Source of the DNA: Octopus bimaculoides
Taxonomy: Eukaryota
Reading direction: 5' to 3'
DNA: 64,000 nt
NCBI RefSeq assembly: GCF_001194135.2
Contig: NC_068992.1
Location: 16,759,795 to 16,823,794 of the forward strand
The number at the start of each line of letters is the position of its first letter. Positions within the stretch are counted from its first letter, which is position 1. The position numbers and the translations under genes were made by a program. Below the pieces are notes generated by a model that made no database searches, had not been told where the DNA came from, and worked only from the letters and a program-made list of their open reading frames with translations. This document shows positions 27,240 to 41,448 of the stretch, piece by piece.

Positions 27240-27353
27240 GCAGCAATTTCTACACACACACACAGGCGCACGAACATACACGCATACACAGGCATACACT
27301 TGGTTATACAAACGTACATACACATGCATATTATATATATGCATATATATATC

Positions 27354-27403
<50 letters not shown>

Positions 27404-27774
27404 ATTATATATACACACACGTATATATATGTACATACACACACACACACGCGCGCACACACGTATATATGTATGTATACAAGCTTGGATCTGTGGTAAG
27501 ACGTTTTTTTCCTCATCTCATGGTTCAACGATGATGCGTTTACGTCCGGTAACATAGCGGTTAGGCAAAAGAAACTATAGAATACGTCCCAGCTTAAATA
27601 GAAGTGTACTGGGGTCCATTAATATATGTATGTATGTATGTATCTATGTATGTGTTTATGTATGTATATATGTATGTGAGCATAGAAGAGAATAGAGCTT
27701 GCATGTTTATATATATGAATATCACGCATCTCTGTTCACACCTAAAGGTGTATGCATATATGTATGTATGTATG

Positions 27775-27833
<59 letters not shown>

Positions 27834-27955
27834 TCACATATGCATGTGTATGTATTTATATACATATATACATATACATATATACATATATGTATACACA
27901 CACATATTTTATGCACATATTATATACATATACACATATATATATATATATATAT
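27240..27955. repeat. Compound (TA)n/(CA)n/(TATG)n region with an internally deleted family C SINE piece at 27480-27615
   Basis: Direct reading. Confidence 0.85.
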
Positions 27956-27964
27956 CGTTTACAC

Positions 27965-28403
27965 TTTTTACTCTTTTACTTGTTTCAGTCATTTGACTGC
28001 CGCCATGCTGGAGCACCACCTTTAGTCGAGCAAACCGACCCCAGGACTTATTCTTTGTAAGCCTACTACTTATTCTAGCGGTCCCTTTTTTGCCGAACCG
28101 CTAAGTTTCCGGGACGTAACCACACCAGCATCGGTTGTCAAGTGATGTTGGGGGGGAGAAACACAGACACAAACACACACACACACACATATATACATAT
28201 ACATATATACGACGGGCTTATTTCAGTTTCCCTCTATGTGTGTGTGTGTGTGTGTGTGTCTACTAAATCCACTCACAAGGCTTTGGTCGGCCCGACCCGA
28301 GGCTATAGTAGAAGACACTTGCCCAAGGTGCCACACAGTGGGACTGAACCTGGAACCATGTGGTTGGTAAGTAAGCTACTAACCACACAGCCACTCCTGT
28401 GCG
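27965..28403 (-). mobile_element. Family C SINE
   Basis: Reverse complement of 9676-10240 (ccactcacaaggctttggtcggcccg...ggctatagtagaagacacttgcccaaggtgccac). Confidence 0.88.
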
Positions 28404-28781
28404 TATATATNNNNNNNNNNNNNNNNNNNNNNNNNNNNNNNNNNNNNNNNNNNNNNNNNNNNNNNNNNNNNNNNNNNNNNNNNNNNNNNNNNNNNNNNNN
28501 NNNNNNNNNNNNNNNNNNNNNNNNNNNNNNNNNNNNNNNNNNNNNNNNNNNNNNNNNNNNNNNNNNNNNNNNNNNNNNNNNNNNNNNNNNNNNNNNNNNN
28601 NNNNNNNNNNNNNNNNNNNNNNNNNNNNNNNNNNNNNNNNNNNNNNNNNNNNNNNNNNNNNNNNNNNNNNNNNNNNNNNNNNNNNNNNNNNNNNNNNNNN
28701 NNNNNNNNNNNNNNNNNNNNNNNNNNNNNNNNNNNNNNNNNNNNNNNNNNNNNNNNNNNNNNNNNNNNNNNNNNNNNNNNN

Positions 28782-28814
<33 letters not shown>

Positions 28815-28961
28815 CTCGGTCCCTTTCTCCTGCTCCTCCTGTATCTTCCTCTCTGTTTACCCCACTCTCTTCTTTCGTGAACTCTGTCAATATATTTATA
28901 CGCGTGTCTTTGTGTATGTCTGGTTGTGTGTGAGTGTATGTACGTACGTATGTATATGTAA

Positions 28962-28995
<34 letters not shown>

Positions 28996-29374
28996 TACTT
29001 AAGTACATGATTATATATTATAGTCTATAACGTGTGTTTGTGTGTACATGCATCTAAACCTCAGTGCATACATATACGTGAATACATGTTCGTGTGTGCG
29101 AGAGAGTAAGAGAGAGAGGGGAGAGAAGGAGGGAGTAGATGAGCGTGTGAGTGAGTTAGTGATTGCGATGCGAATGATAATTTCACTTATCGATCACACT
29201 GCAATACTTATTCCGTTCGTACGGGTGGCAGTTTCTACTTCATCCTCTATTTGCCCAACACGTTTCCGACAGAGTATTTCAAACTCATCAATAATAATAA
29301 TAATAAGAAGAAGAAGAAGAATAAGAATAATAATAAGAAGAAGAAGAAGAAGAAGAAAACCAGCAACCAGAAGA

Positions 29375-29770
29375 ATGCCCTGAAACAGTACCAGATAGTG
29401 GCTCTCATGCCTTAGGATCTTAACTGATGGAAGCGTTTGCCTGTACATGGTTTATCTTGTAAAATGTGGGCAACTAAATATTTTGTTCAATACAACAGAT
29501 ATTCTTGTCAGTTTCCCGACATGTGCCTTAGTGGCTGATGATATATGCCACTCTGATAATGAGCAGAAGTAGTGGGGGATCATCATGGCCATGTGTTGAG
29601 AGGAGTTCTTTTGGAGTTGAATACTTCACCTCTGGAATCCCGACTGTTTCATTCATCATCCTTAAGCAACCTTGTTAGGGGAACTATTAAGTCGGATGGA
29701 CTACACGACTTGACGAAAACCCTAAGTGAACCCCACCTGCCAGGTCATGCGCTGTTTATCTTGATATGAG
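29375..29770 (-). mobile_element. Non-coding interspersed repeat with (TTC)n/(TTA)n tail, probably retroposon-derived
   Basis: GC-balanced block ending, on the minus strand, in the trinucleotide tract at 29290-29360. Family not assigned. Confidence 0.4.
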
Positions 29771-29774
29771 AACA

Positions 29775-30335
29775 CCATGTGACGCACCTATTGTTGTGGT
29801 GTCTGTGAAGTGTAGAACTGGCAGCACAACTGAAACCGACAAATGCAGATTGTGTGGTGAGAGAGTTGAAACGGTAAGGAGCATTGCCAGTGAATGCCCG
29901 AAATTAGCACAACGTGACAAGAACGGTCCATTAGGAGCTCTGTGCATATTACGCTCTACAAGGATCAAAAAGGTGGTACGAACAAATACTAGGAATTACT
30001 GAAAATGAAGCCTGCAAAATCCTGTGGGATGCAATGGTTCAGTGTGACCATTACATTAGACTTCAGAAACCGAACATTTTTGTAGTAAATAAATACAACA
30101 AAAATTGCATGATAATCGACATAGTATGCCCTGGTGACAACATGACAAAAGACAAAGAAGAAGAAAAAGTAAACAACTACGACGATTTCAAGTGGGAAAT
30201 ACGAAGGTTGTGGTCAATGAGGAGAGTAGACGTGGCACCGATAGTGACTGGCATGCTAACTTGTTGTCTCTTGAGGTCTCTGAGTGAGACTTGGAGCCAA
30301 CTTGTACAAATACGAAGCAAAAGTCAAACATATGA
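29775..30335 (+). mobile_element. 3' fragment of RLE-type (R4/Dong-like) non-LTR retrotransposon
   Basis: Zinc knuckle KCRLCGERVETVRSIASECPKLAQ, then ENEACKILWDAMVQCDHYIRLQKPNIFVVNKYNKNCMIIDIVCPGD...KEEEKVNNYDDFKWEIRRLW (RLE nuclease). Frameshifted; (TAA)n tail. Confidence 0.9.
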
Positions 30336-30337
30336 TG

Positions 30338-30396
<59 letters not shown>
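30338..30396. repeat. (AAT)n tract between LINE and SINE
   Basis: Direct reading. Confidence 0.95.
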
Positions 30397-30397
<1 letters not shown>

Positions 30398-30607
30398 CTT
30401 GAAATTTTGGAACAAGGCTATTAATTTGGGGAAGAAGCTCGAATGCATCGACCGCAGTTCCCTGCTGGTACTTATTTTATTGACCCTGAGAAAATGAAAG
30501 GGAATGTCGACCTCGGCGGAATTTGAACTCAGAATATAAAGACGGATCAAATGCTACTAAGCCTTTTATACACACCGTGCTAATGACTCTGGCAGCTCGC
30601 TACCACC
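30398..30607 (-). mobile_element. Family M SINE
   Basis: tgaaagggaatgtcgacctcggcggaatttgaactcaga...ctggcagctcgctacc. Confidence 0.8.
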
Positions 30608-30649
30608 GTAGCAGCAGTAGCAGTAGCAGCAGCAGGAGTACTAGCAGCG

Positions 30650-30700
<51 letters not shown>

Positions 30701-30702
30701 AT
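30608..30702. repeat. (AGC)n/(AGT)n microsatellite
   Basis: Direct reading. Confidence 0.92.
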
Positions 30703-31107
30703 GATGATCGTCGTCATCTTCCTGATAAATATATAGATCGTTAGTCAGACGTGAGTGTGTGTGTGAGTGCATGTGTAAAGCAATTTATTATTGCATATTG
30801 CTAAGTGCTTACTCTACAGAAATGCATGCCTTGCTTGTAAATACGGAGCCAATCATGAGCCAGTCGATTATTGATTTATTGAAAGAAAACATTTTCTATA
30901 ACTAATCAAAATACTTTGTTGAATGGGTTAAGAAAATTCTGTATTTTTGGGAGAAATTATTGTGATTTTGGAAAGATCTGTTAATTTCATAACTAGCGCC
31001 GGGCTATCGTTCTTTTCTGCTTTGTAGGGGGACATATTGCCTGCTTCCATTGATAGATAGACTGTTCAACTAAAGCTGGAGAGACATACGATACAGTTGT
31101 GATATCA

Positions 31108-31420
31108 GGCATGTTGTTATAGTTAAGAAGCTCGCATTGCAAGAACGTGGTTTCGTGTTCAACTTCACTGCACAGCATCTTTGGAAAGTATCTTCTGCTG
31201 TAGCCTCGGGCCGACCAATGTTTTGTGAGTGAATTTGGTAGATGGAGACTCTGTGGAAGCCTGTCGAATGTGTGTGTGTGTGTGTGCGTGTCCCTGTCTT
31301 TGTATTTGTGTACTGTTTGTCTCCTACCACCGCTCGACAACCACTATTGGTTTGCTTATGTTTGAGGAACATTAGCGGTTTGGCAACATGTACCGATAGA
31401 AAATAAGTGCTGAGATCGAT
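31108..31420 (+). mobile_element. Degenerate family C SINE
   Basis: tagcctcgggccgaccaatgttttgtgagtgaatttggtagatggagact plus an internal (TG)n. Confidence 0.75.
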
Positions 31421-31585
31421 TTTTTCTTTGTGTGCGTTATAGTATGTCTGCAGACGATTGATTGAAAGGAATAATAGAGTGATGATATAAGATAAAAGAT
31501 GTACAGTCAATATATATGTATAACACCTTTAAAATAAGAATTTTTAATAGATTAATTGTATTCACTATTAGAGACGACGAAAACA

Positions 31586-31800
31586 GCGGCGATCTGGCAG
31601 AAACGTTAGCAGGCCGGGCGAAAAGCTTTGCGGTATTTCGTCTGTCTTTACGTTCTGAGTCCAAATTCCGCCGAGGTCGACTTTACCTTTCATCCTTTCG
31701 GTGTAGATAAATTAAGTACCAGTTGCGTACTGGAGTCGATCTAATCGACTGGGACCTTTCCAAAATATGTTGTGCCTTGTTCCTAGAGTAGAAAAGATTA
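31586..31800 (+). mobile_element. Family M SINE
   Basis: gcggcgatctggcagaaacgttagcaggccgggcg...gagtagaaaagatta; ends about 40 bp from the juxtamembrane exon donor. Confidence 0.88.
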
Positions 31801-31840
31801 TAGACGAAGAACAAAAACATAGATCCATATAAACGCTTAC

Positions 31841-31973
31841 CTTTTACCCGTCTCAATCTGAGAGGCCGGGATGATACAGCAATTGATTACAGGCAACTCC
31901 CGCTTCTTTGACTGCGCTAGTTGGGGTTCGTAATCCAACTGTGCTTTTATGGATTCTCGTTTTCGTGATTTAG
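31841..31973 (-). CDS. Juxtamembrane cytoplasmic exon (KSRKRESIKAQLDYEPQLAQSKKRELPVINCCIIPASQIETGK)
   Basis: Acceptor atttttcgttacttcag|CT and donor AAAG|gtaagc. 133 nt, phase 1 to 2, exactly bridging the TM exon (ends phase 1) and the first kinase exon (starts phase 2). IPASQIETGKRLG resembles the usual pre-Gly-loop segment. Confidence 0.88.
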
Positions 31974-33332
31974 CTGAAGTAACGAAAAATTTAATCATTG
32001 AATAATGCAGAAAACTATGTTCGTCTAATTATTAATGTATTCTTCAAATTATTACATTAGTTATATGTCTGGAGGATACGATGTACTAATTTTGTTTTTA
32101 TTTTCTTGTGATTGTGGATGTTTGCTAAGCAATGGAGTTGTGCATAGAGTTGAGAGTTGCTCAGAGAAAGAACGAAGGCGCCCTGAACAAATATCACATG
32201 CTAATAAAATTTAAATTTAAGAACAATAATTACGAAGGTCACTGTGTTGCTGATGGTGTCGATGTTGTAGAGGTAATAATAATTGTATTATCGATGGTAA
32301 TGTTTGTGATCCGGTTAGTGACATATGAACGCAGGACACAGAAAATAATGACGTTTATATTTTACAAGCAGAACACACATACACACATACACACATACAG
32401 ACACACAAATACACACACGTCTTTCAAATGTATGTCATTCCAAATGAGTAAAAAATTTTATTTGCTAATTTATGGCATCAGCGTGTGCTGTGTTTTTATG
32501 AACCAAAACTATTTGTTTTACTTTTTTACACGCAGAGATCTAAGACGGGAAAACTGAAATACAATGTTTAAAATCGGCGTAGTAATTTATATTTATAATC
32601 GTCGACATTCGTAACCCATTGCCTTCTCATTTAGCTTCAACACGTTCAATGGTCATTAGTATTCATCAGATTGGATGACTTCAGCTAGGGGAGAATTGAA
32701 ACATCGAGACAGCCTAATGTAATGACTGGTGACTGACGACTGGTAATAGTGCACTCGACCTGCCTCGCAAATCGATTCAGTAAATTGCCTCATTTCTAAG
32801 TTAACTTTGAGTGTGAACCCCTACAAGATATTGAAATATGAAGATTAATGGTATAATTACACTTAATCCATTCTTTTGGGTGTTGTTTGTGTTGTTGCTC
32901 TCGTTATTATTGCATAATTTTATGGTCGTCCGTATTTTTATTATCAACATCAACGACTGTCACTTGCTAATACTTTCTGGATCTCACTCATACACTGTAT
33001 CCCTCCTCCTTCTCCTGTTTTTTTTCTCCATTGAACACAACTCCTTTCTCTCATGTACACAATTCCATCTAATTTAGCCGGCAGTTTCTGTAGAATATGG
33101 CTCTCCTTAATAAGTCAATAATGCACTTAATTAGAATAAGAATGCGAAATATTGTATAATTAACCAGATATTCATTATTGCAGCCCCTATATCCAGACAT
33201 GTACAACGGTAGTAGATGCACATCTATGCATGTATGTGAATTCACATGAATATGTGTGTGTGTATGTGTTATATGTTCGTGTGTGTGTTTGCGTCAGTGA
33301 CGTGCACACAGACGCTTGCATGAGTTCAATTA

Positions 33333-33363
<31 letters not shown>

Positions 33364-33882
33364 ATANNNNNNNNNNNNNNNNNNNNNNNNNNNNNNNNNN
33401 NNNNNNNNNNNNNNNNNNNNNNNNNNNNNNNNNNNNNNNNNNNNNNNNNNNNNNNNNNNNNNNNNNNNNNNNNNNNNNNNNNNNNNNNNNNNNNNNNNNN
33501 NNNNNNNNNNNNNNNNNNNNNNNNNNNNNNNNNNNNNNNNNNNNNNNNNNNNNNNNNNNNNNNNNNNNNNNNNNNNNNNNNNNNNNNNNNNNNNNNNNTG
33601 TGTGTGTGTATATTTGTATATGCATATGTGTGTGTGAATGAATAATTTCATGAAGATGTGCAAATATGATGTAATTAGTGAATCTCATAACGATGTTTAT
33701 AAATTTGATTATTAATCAGTGACTGTGAGGCTCTAAATTGCAGCTAAATACACCAGAGCAATAATTAATGAAGTGCCTTGCTCAAGGGCATAGCGTCTCC
33801 CTCTGTATCACAAATAAAATACCTACATGACGATCTCCAACTGAGTAAACTAAATCCTAGGCAGCGCGCCTTAACGCATAAC

Positions 33883-34198
33883 TGGCAATCCGTCGGTTAC
33901 GACGATGCGTGTCCTAGTTGATCCAATCAACGGAACAGCCTGCTCGTCAAATTAACCTGCAAATGGCTGATCACTCCACATACTATGTACCCTTAATGTA
34001 GTTCTCGAAGAGGTTCAGCGTGATACACAATGTGACAAGGCTGACCCTTTTGAAATACGAGTACTACTCATTTTTGCTAGCTGAGTTGACTAAAGCAGCG
34101 TGAAATAAAGTGCGTTGCTTAAGGACACAATAGGTCACGGGGAATTGAACTCACGACTTTACGATCGTGAGTCGAATAGCCTAACCACTAAGCCACGC
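33883..34198 (-). mobile_element. Chimeric SINE: tRNA head + CORE-like segment + family D body
   Basis: Shares aacggaacagcctgctcg...gtgacaaggctgaccctttg with family D, but has a gtgtccttaagcaacgcactttatttcacg-type segment instead of the family D linker. Confidence 0.75.
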
Positions 34199-34710
34199 TC
34201 TATCAGTTACATATGTGTATGTGAGTGTGTGTTTGTATGTGTACATGTGTTGTCTCGTTTGCTGAATGATATTTTTATTAAACGACAGATCGTAATAGAC
34301 AAGTCATAGCAAGTTATTCTTGCCTGCGTTTATCAACAAATTTTCTATGCATAGTGAATTTTCGGGAACAGCAGCGAATGAGTAAAGTTTTATTTCACGA
34401 ATATATATGCATGAGCTCATCTCATAGGGCAAGTCATATAATGTATTTTACAAGGTGACACTCACACGGGCGCACACCCACTCACCCACACATAAATATA
34501 TATATATATATATATANNNNNNNNNNNNNNNNNNNNNNNNNNNNNNNNNNNNNNNNNNNNNNNNNNNNNNNNNNNNNNNNNNNNNNNNNNNNNNNNNNNN
34601 NNNNNNNNNNNNNNNNNNNNNNNNNNNNNNNNNNNNNNNNNNNNNNNNNNNNNNNNNNNNNNNNNNNNNNNNNNNNNNNNNNNNNNNNNNNNNNNNNNNN
34701 NNNNNNNNNN

Positions 34711-34764
<54 letters not shown>

Positions 34765-36369
34765 GACTAAAACAATGATCTATAGACGAAATATAATTGT
34801 GTGTTCGTGTACGTGTATATATATGTGCATATATGTGTGTGTGTCTGTAAATGTATAAACGCATACATGCGTGTGTGTGTGCGTGTTTATGTATACATGC
34901 ATACGTATACACACATTCAGATACATCCTTTTGTCTTACAAAGATACGCAAAGCGTATGTATGGTTACATAAATATAATTAAAAATGAAAATTGTGTACA
35001 TTAAAATTAGTTACATTTCATTCGGCAATTCTGATAGAGTTTAATTAAACATATAGAAAAAAATCTATGCTTAACATTACATGCAAAACATATATAAAAA
35101 AAAAGCAGAAAACAATTTAGTCATGCAAGCTTAATCATAAACAACACTAGTGATGTCTAACTTACAGTTAGAAATAAGTACGATCTAAATTACATCCTAA
35201 TTAACCAAGATAATTCAGAAATATTATCAAACATTTTTACTTATAATTTATTTATTTATTATTTTCATCCGTTTGTATTGTCTTTTGTTTCGTTTTTATC
35301 CTTTTTTGCTAGTGTTGATTCTGATGTTCAGATTTTTTAGTTTGTTTTTATTAATATTTCCCCGCCTATTCTTTGATTTTATTCTCGTTGGATTCGTTAC
35401 TGTGAACATATCATCTGTTAAATTATCTTTGTAATTGTATTGTTATTGCGTTGTTTTATTCTTCATTAAATTCGCTTTCATTTGTTTGATTTCGTTTCCA
35501 TTATACCGTACACGAGATCAGTAATTAATTATATTATATCTATGTTATTCTACGTCTTGTATGTGTGTTGCGATGTTTTACGTGTTAAACATATGTTTTA
35601 GACGTTCTCAATTGATGTAATCGCACTAAATATGGTTGATTGGTACATTCGTTAGCGTAACAGGGAAAATACTTTGGGATGTTTGTTCCGCCATTTTAAA
35701 TTCTGACTTGAAGCCAAGTTGCGATCACATACATGCTAGACTCAATAAAATATATCATCAGTTGATATAACCGACCGATACACCTCCAAAATATCTAGCC
35801 TTATAGAAAACAATACAGACAACAGTCTACACCAGTGGTAACAATATATTATACAAATTAATCTCTTGAAATTATCTCTCAATCACCTATATATTCTTTC
35901 ATTTTTTGTTCCAGTCAGTAGATTGGGCAAGGCTTTCAATGGTTTAGCCTATTAATTCGATCCAAATTGTTGTTTTAAGTCCGTTGCTTATCCCATAATA
36001 CTATTTTGATAAGCTGCTACGTTATAGGGATATAAAAATAATTCAACTTTAGTTGTAAAGCGGTGACAGATGACCAGAAAAGCATCGCGCATACACACTT
36101 GCTGTCTCAATTTATATGTACACTGACCACATCAACAGATGAAGAAACCGGAAGCAATTTAGTTACTCTTGTATTCTCGGGGTATATATTCTACATTCAC
36201 ATTGACAGAAAAGACATTTAAGTTCACCAGGTGGCTTGTTGCAGCGGTTAAAAGAAGCAACGCTTTGTTCGAAATAGTGTCTGGTTCCCTTCTACAGCTG
36301 GACGAAAATATTTGGAAAAGGCTCTTAACCACATCTATTTATTTAAACACAAAATCTAAAGATTAAACA

Positions 36370-36760
36370 TTGTGTAACTCTTGGAAAACTTTAGGCGTGT
36401 AGGAGATTTAATCACCAAAGGCATTTCCTCCCGGAAGTACCAGATGATTTTTTGCAAGCTTTAAATCCTTGTGTTGTTTTTTCGACTCAGGAAATAAAAA
36501 TATCTAGTAGATATGATCTTCTATAAAAGTGGAGTTTCATCAAACCTCTAGACGTGCTCCAGCAACTTTTTTCCCAGTTGCTAACGAAATTTGGAGCAGC
36601 ATTTGTATAAAAAATGGAAGTTTTATTGGTCATTTTTATCGTCTTTTGTTGTGCAAAGTTCAAACCTTTGAAACCAGCCTTTAATAACAAGAAAACGTTT
36701 TTCATCTTGTCGGAGGTTGGCATCTGAAAACTGTCCTACAATATATTCAAGTCTTTTATT
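36370..36760 (-). mobile_element. Tigger/pogo-like transposase remnant
   Basis: Minus translations LLLKAGFKGL...NAAPNFVSNWEK, RFDETPLL and EKTTQGFKACK follow the pogo/Tigger DDE_1 region. Multiple stops and frameshifts. Confidence 0.65.
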
Positions 36761-39404
36761 TTTTCCATAATTTCTCTTGTGCTAATTGGTGCCAGGATTC
36801 GAGACTAATCATCGATTCATACGCCCAACAACCGTCACGTTTGAAGTATCCAATTAGATGAGTGAAAAATGGGGGACCGAGATGTAGGCTGACTAATTTG
36901 TTGGGCATTTTTCTCTATTGTTACGTATTGTTTTTACTGTAGACTTTGCAAACGTTAACGTTTAATGCGGTTGATTTCTTTCTCTCACATCAAACCTTTT
37001 TTAAGAGTCAAGCTTGATAGCCAGTGCAATCCTTTTATGGTTACTTTATGTATTACGTCCTTCAGCTCCATTTGATGTTTTCTTTCTAGACATCTTGAAC
37101 TGTAGGTAAAGCCAATAGCGAGGCTTTCAACAATATATAGCAAGATATAGCAAGAGGAAAGTACTGTTCGTGAGAGTAAAACATTTTTATATTCCTATGG
37201 ATATAAGAATGGAATGAGAAAGGTGAGGTTGGAGGAAGTACTACATTATTACAGTTAGTTGAAGGGTTACCAGGTTCATAGCCACTTCGCTATTTGCGCC
37301 TTTGGAGTTGAGCCATAAATATCTACACTTTACGAACACATGCACTGAAAAAAATATTTGATTTGCCATAAAGCATATGTAGTACCAGACGTTGCTACCA
37401 TATCGACGTTATTATTGGTCTGAAATTTTTGCCAGCCATTTAGAGGAAGGGAAAAATCGATCACACCAACTCCAGTGTTCAGCTGCTACTTATTTTAATC
37501 GACCTAGAATGGATGAAAGAAAATGTCCTTGGAAATTGGTCAACCAAAATTTCGTGGGTTTGTAGTAACTGTGGTATTGATTGTATTGGTTTTCGTGTTC
37601 CTAGTAGTGTTTGTAATGGTGAGAGTATCTTTGATGATGATTATGGTGGTCAACTTTTACGTGTTACTTGTATTACTCCTCATTGACACACACACCTATG
37701 CTTTTCCGGGGTCATTCCATTCATTTTATAAAATGACCTTACATAACAAATTATCAACTGTGATCGTTTTTAGTTTAGTTAGTGTTGCTTATATTGTTGT
37801 TGTAAGGGTTGTTCACGAATGTGTTGGAGTGTTTGGAATGATGGTCGTTGTATAGGCGTTGGTGTTGATGCTCTTTGTGTGGGTGTTGATCGCAGATATT
37901 TGTGATGATGAATGTTGATGTGTGTGTGGGCGTGTAGTGAAACATAGAAATTGATGGAGAGACAGATAGACAGACAGACAGATAGATGGATAATCATTGT
38001 AATACCACAGAATTTACACAAACGCACATATATACACGCCTGAAAAGGGCCCATTTTGCTTGGAAAGAAATGTAGCTTTCAAATTCTGGAAATTTGAATA
38101 TCAGGTATAATATATAATTTCCTGAATTGTGAAATTCCATAATCCCAAGTAGCCATAACGCTGGTGACGAGAGTATACCCAACACACACACACACACGCG
38201 CGCACAGACTAACGTACACCTACACATATAGATATATATCTACACACATATGCTTTTATATATATTGTTGCCATCATAAGAATTAATAAATATTCCAGAG
38301 AACATGGTTTTCGAAGCACGTAAATCTAAATAAAAGCATGTAAATATTTGACTGAAGAAGCCTTTCCGATACAAAATTCGATGGCTGCCTATAGAGCATG
38401 AACCTACGTCTTTAGACATGAACATAAGTTGACATCAAAATTATAAATGATAGATTAGTTAAGTTAATGTTGTCTGATCTTATATCAAGAATAATTTTAT
38501 ATTGAATGGAAACCTTTTAAGCAATTTGGTGCACAATTTTTAGATATTAATGAAGCTGTACATTATAAGACATGTTTGTTCATAAATATCTGTGTATACC
38601 TATACGTGTTTTAAGGCTTCATAATTCTAGAATCAGATATTTCTCTTGAATGTACATTCTTAGAAATCACTTATTAGAAATGTCATTTTAATTAAGGCCT
38701 CATTTACTACGACAAGCTATTCGTTAGGAGTCAAAGCTTATAGAGAAAACAGATGACATACAAGTCATAGATATGTTAAATTAATTTTTCTCAAATAGAA
38801 TGCATTATTTATTTATCGTTATCATGTTCTTTATGTCATTTCATGTTCTAAATTTATATCAAAGTTAGCTGCATGATATACTCCCAGATTAGTATGTACA
38901 GTCATCCATATTTAAGAATGTTTTACTGTATTTTGCAAAATTTAAACAGATAAGAGCCATATTATTTATATGTACTTCCAAGCATGTGAGATTAATATAA
39001 CTGGTGTTACACTGGAAACTTTTTTGTGGCCGAAAGGGCCAGTAGGAGAAATTCGAAATCTGCTGGCCCCGTCAATAGAGGGTGTGATATTTTGGTATTT
39101 CGTATTGCGAACTTTTCTTCAACGTTAACTTGCCTCAACATAAGACGAATTAATTAACATTTTATAGCTACATTAAATTATTTCCAGGAAATCATATTTA
39201 TATGTGTAATGGCCTCCATTACAGATGGGATTTTTTGTTGATTGAAATAGTACTGTAACTCACTGTATTAGATATGCTATTGTCAATTCAATTAACCTTG
39301 TGAAAACTATGCACTTATGTATTGCTTAAAGGGTGCAGATATGGGAGAAAATTTAAAGCATTGATTAGATTAATGATCGGGCCAGAGGATCTCTACACAG
39401 GTGA

Positions 39405-39860
39405 TACAAGGTGGTCCCAAAAGGTTCTACGACTAGTTATGTTTAATTAAAAAAATAATTTATTTACCTAAGTTTAATATCATCTCCTTCGAAATATTCA
39501 TCGTGCGCAGCGGTATACCGGTCCCAGCATTCCTGCCAATTTTGGAATCCAGACTGGAAGTCGATTTTTGTAAGCGAATCGAGGACCTTCTGCGATTCGC
39601 CCTGGATTTCTACAAAGGTGTTAAAACGGCAACATTTGAGCTGCGGAAGAGACAGAAACCCGCAGGTGCTAAATCTGGCGAGTAGGGCGGGTGTGGAAGC
39701 GATGCCATGTTTTCAGTGAGAAACTCACAAGTGATGAGAGCTCGGTGGCAGGATGCATTGTCGTCGTGAACAATCCAGTTTTCGCGCTCCACAGACCCGG
39801 TCGCTTTCATAAAATGTCCTCCCTCAAACACTTCAAAATGTCGCAGTTAAACTCTCGATT
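39405..39860 (-). mobile_element. Mariner transposase 3' fragment with terminal repeat
   Basis: WIVHDDNASCHRAL...PHPPYSPDLAPAGFCLF, then after a frameshift RFNTFVEIQGESQKVLDSL...WQECWDRY...EYFEGD. TIR-like tacaaggtggtcccaaaagg at 39405. Confidence 0.9.
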
Positions 39861-39974
39861 GGCAGTTTGTTCTTATCTACTCATCTTATGCGCCCTTTTA
39901 AAGCCTAGCCAGGCTCATGGGCCCGGTTTCTATGGCGTATCCCCCCCCCCTCAGCTGGACGGGACGCCAGTCCA

Positions 39975-40130
39975 ACGCAGGCTTAGCGGCATTTCGTCTG
40001 TGTTTACGATCTGTGTTCAAATTTCGCCGAGGTCGACTTTGCCTTTCAGCCTTTTGGGGTTGATAAATTAAGTATAAGTGAAACACTGGGGGCAAATTTC
40101 AGGCCTTGTGCTTTTTGTAGAAAGAATTAA
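39975..40130 (+). mobile_element. 5'-truncated family M SINE
   Basis: gcttagcggcatttcgtctg...cgccgaggtcgactttgcctttca. Confidence 0.75.
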
Positions 40131-40294
40131 GCATAAGAGACAGAGTTGAAAATGTTGTCGATGATTCTTCTGCTCCGGCTCCGTATGTCGTAAGTTCAAA
40201 TCAAGACCTGTTTAACTATGCTTTTCAACGCTCCATCATAATTAACCGCTGGACATTTTACTGTCTTGAGTCCGAGACCTCACATGGCAGGCAA

Positions 40295-40490
40295 CATGGT
40301 TTCCATGGCGTATAAGTGACCGAATTCACAGAACTCCATCCCTGAACAGGACACCAGTCTTTCGCTGAGTAGACTGAAACAACCTGAGTTGATGTTGAAG
40401 CGTTTTGCTCAAGAACACAAAGCACCGGCTTGTTCCGGAATCGAAACCATGATCTTTGAACAAACACCCTTACCACTAGGCCACACGTCT
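40295..40490 (-). mobile_element. tRNA-head/CORE-like SINE
   Basis: gttttgctcaagaacacaaagcaccgg...ggaatcgaaaccatgatc...cttaccactaggccac (reverse B box and A box). Confidence 0.7.
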
Positions 40491-41408
40491 TCAGTTTTTA
40501 ATCACTCCAGGGAAGTGGCGGGGGTCTATAAAATAGAGTACAGGTAACGTACTGAGTCCGATATCATGACCACAAAGTAGAGCATTGTGCCTATGTTAGA
40601 AATATTTATTAAGGCGTTGATGTAGAAGTAGATGGCTTTAGTGACTGATATTTACATAAAATTTTCATATCGCTCTTGGATTGTCTATTTAATTCATTGT
40701 TTCTTGTAGAGTAGGTTACTTGTTTTATACGATCTTAATCTTCGTGTTTTTGCTATGAGTCACTGATACTTTGGTGTGTTAGCAATGCTATATATCAGTG
40801 TTAGTGGCAGGATGCGAACTTACAGCGCTCTAAATTAATAGTAATAATGATTTGGCTCTCTGTGATATTTCGTCTCATAATCTATTTCAGATTATATAGT
40901 ATTTTGGTAGTCTTCTCTTGTTTCTCAAAGTAATAATCAAACTGTAATTAATTATGTGCAAATAGCGAAGAGGGGCAACGATCAGTAGACAATGAAGTCA
41001 GGCAAAATTATATTTAGTATATTAGCTTCCAACATCTACATTGCATTTCACCACTAAATTCGATAAAACGTCAAATATAAATGTATGAAAATCCAATGAA
41101 TTTAACCCCTATGGTTATTAGACGTGTTTCAGTATAAAATATCAAAATTTAAAGCAAAATCTAAACAAAAACGAATTTTCTTTTACCACGGAGTTTATCG
41201 GAGTAAAAGGAGATTAATATCAGATAGGAAGTATCTGATAATCGATTGAAATTTATTTTTTAAAATCTTTTTTGATTTCTTTGGAGTTTTCGTATTTCGT
41301 TTTCGATATCATAAATGCGAAATGTTTTTATAAACCTAAATTTGTATTTATATTTTCTCATACAATTGTAATACTAATTAAAATTTCACTAGTGTTTTCC
41401 CTCTCTTT

Positions 41409-41448
<40 letters not shown>

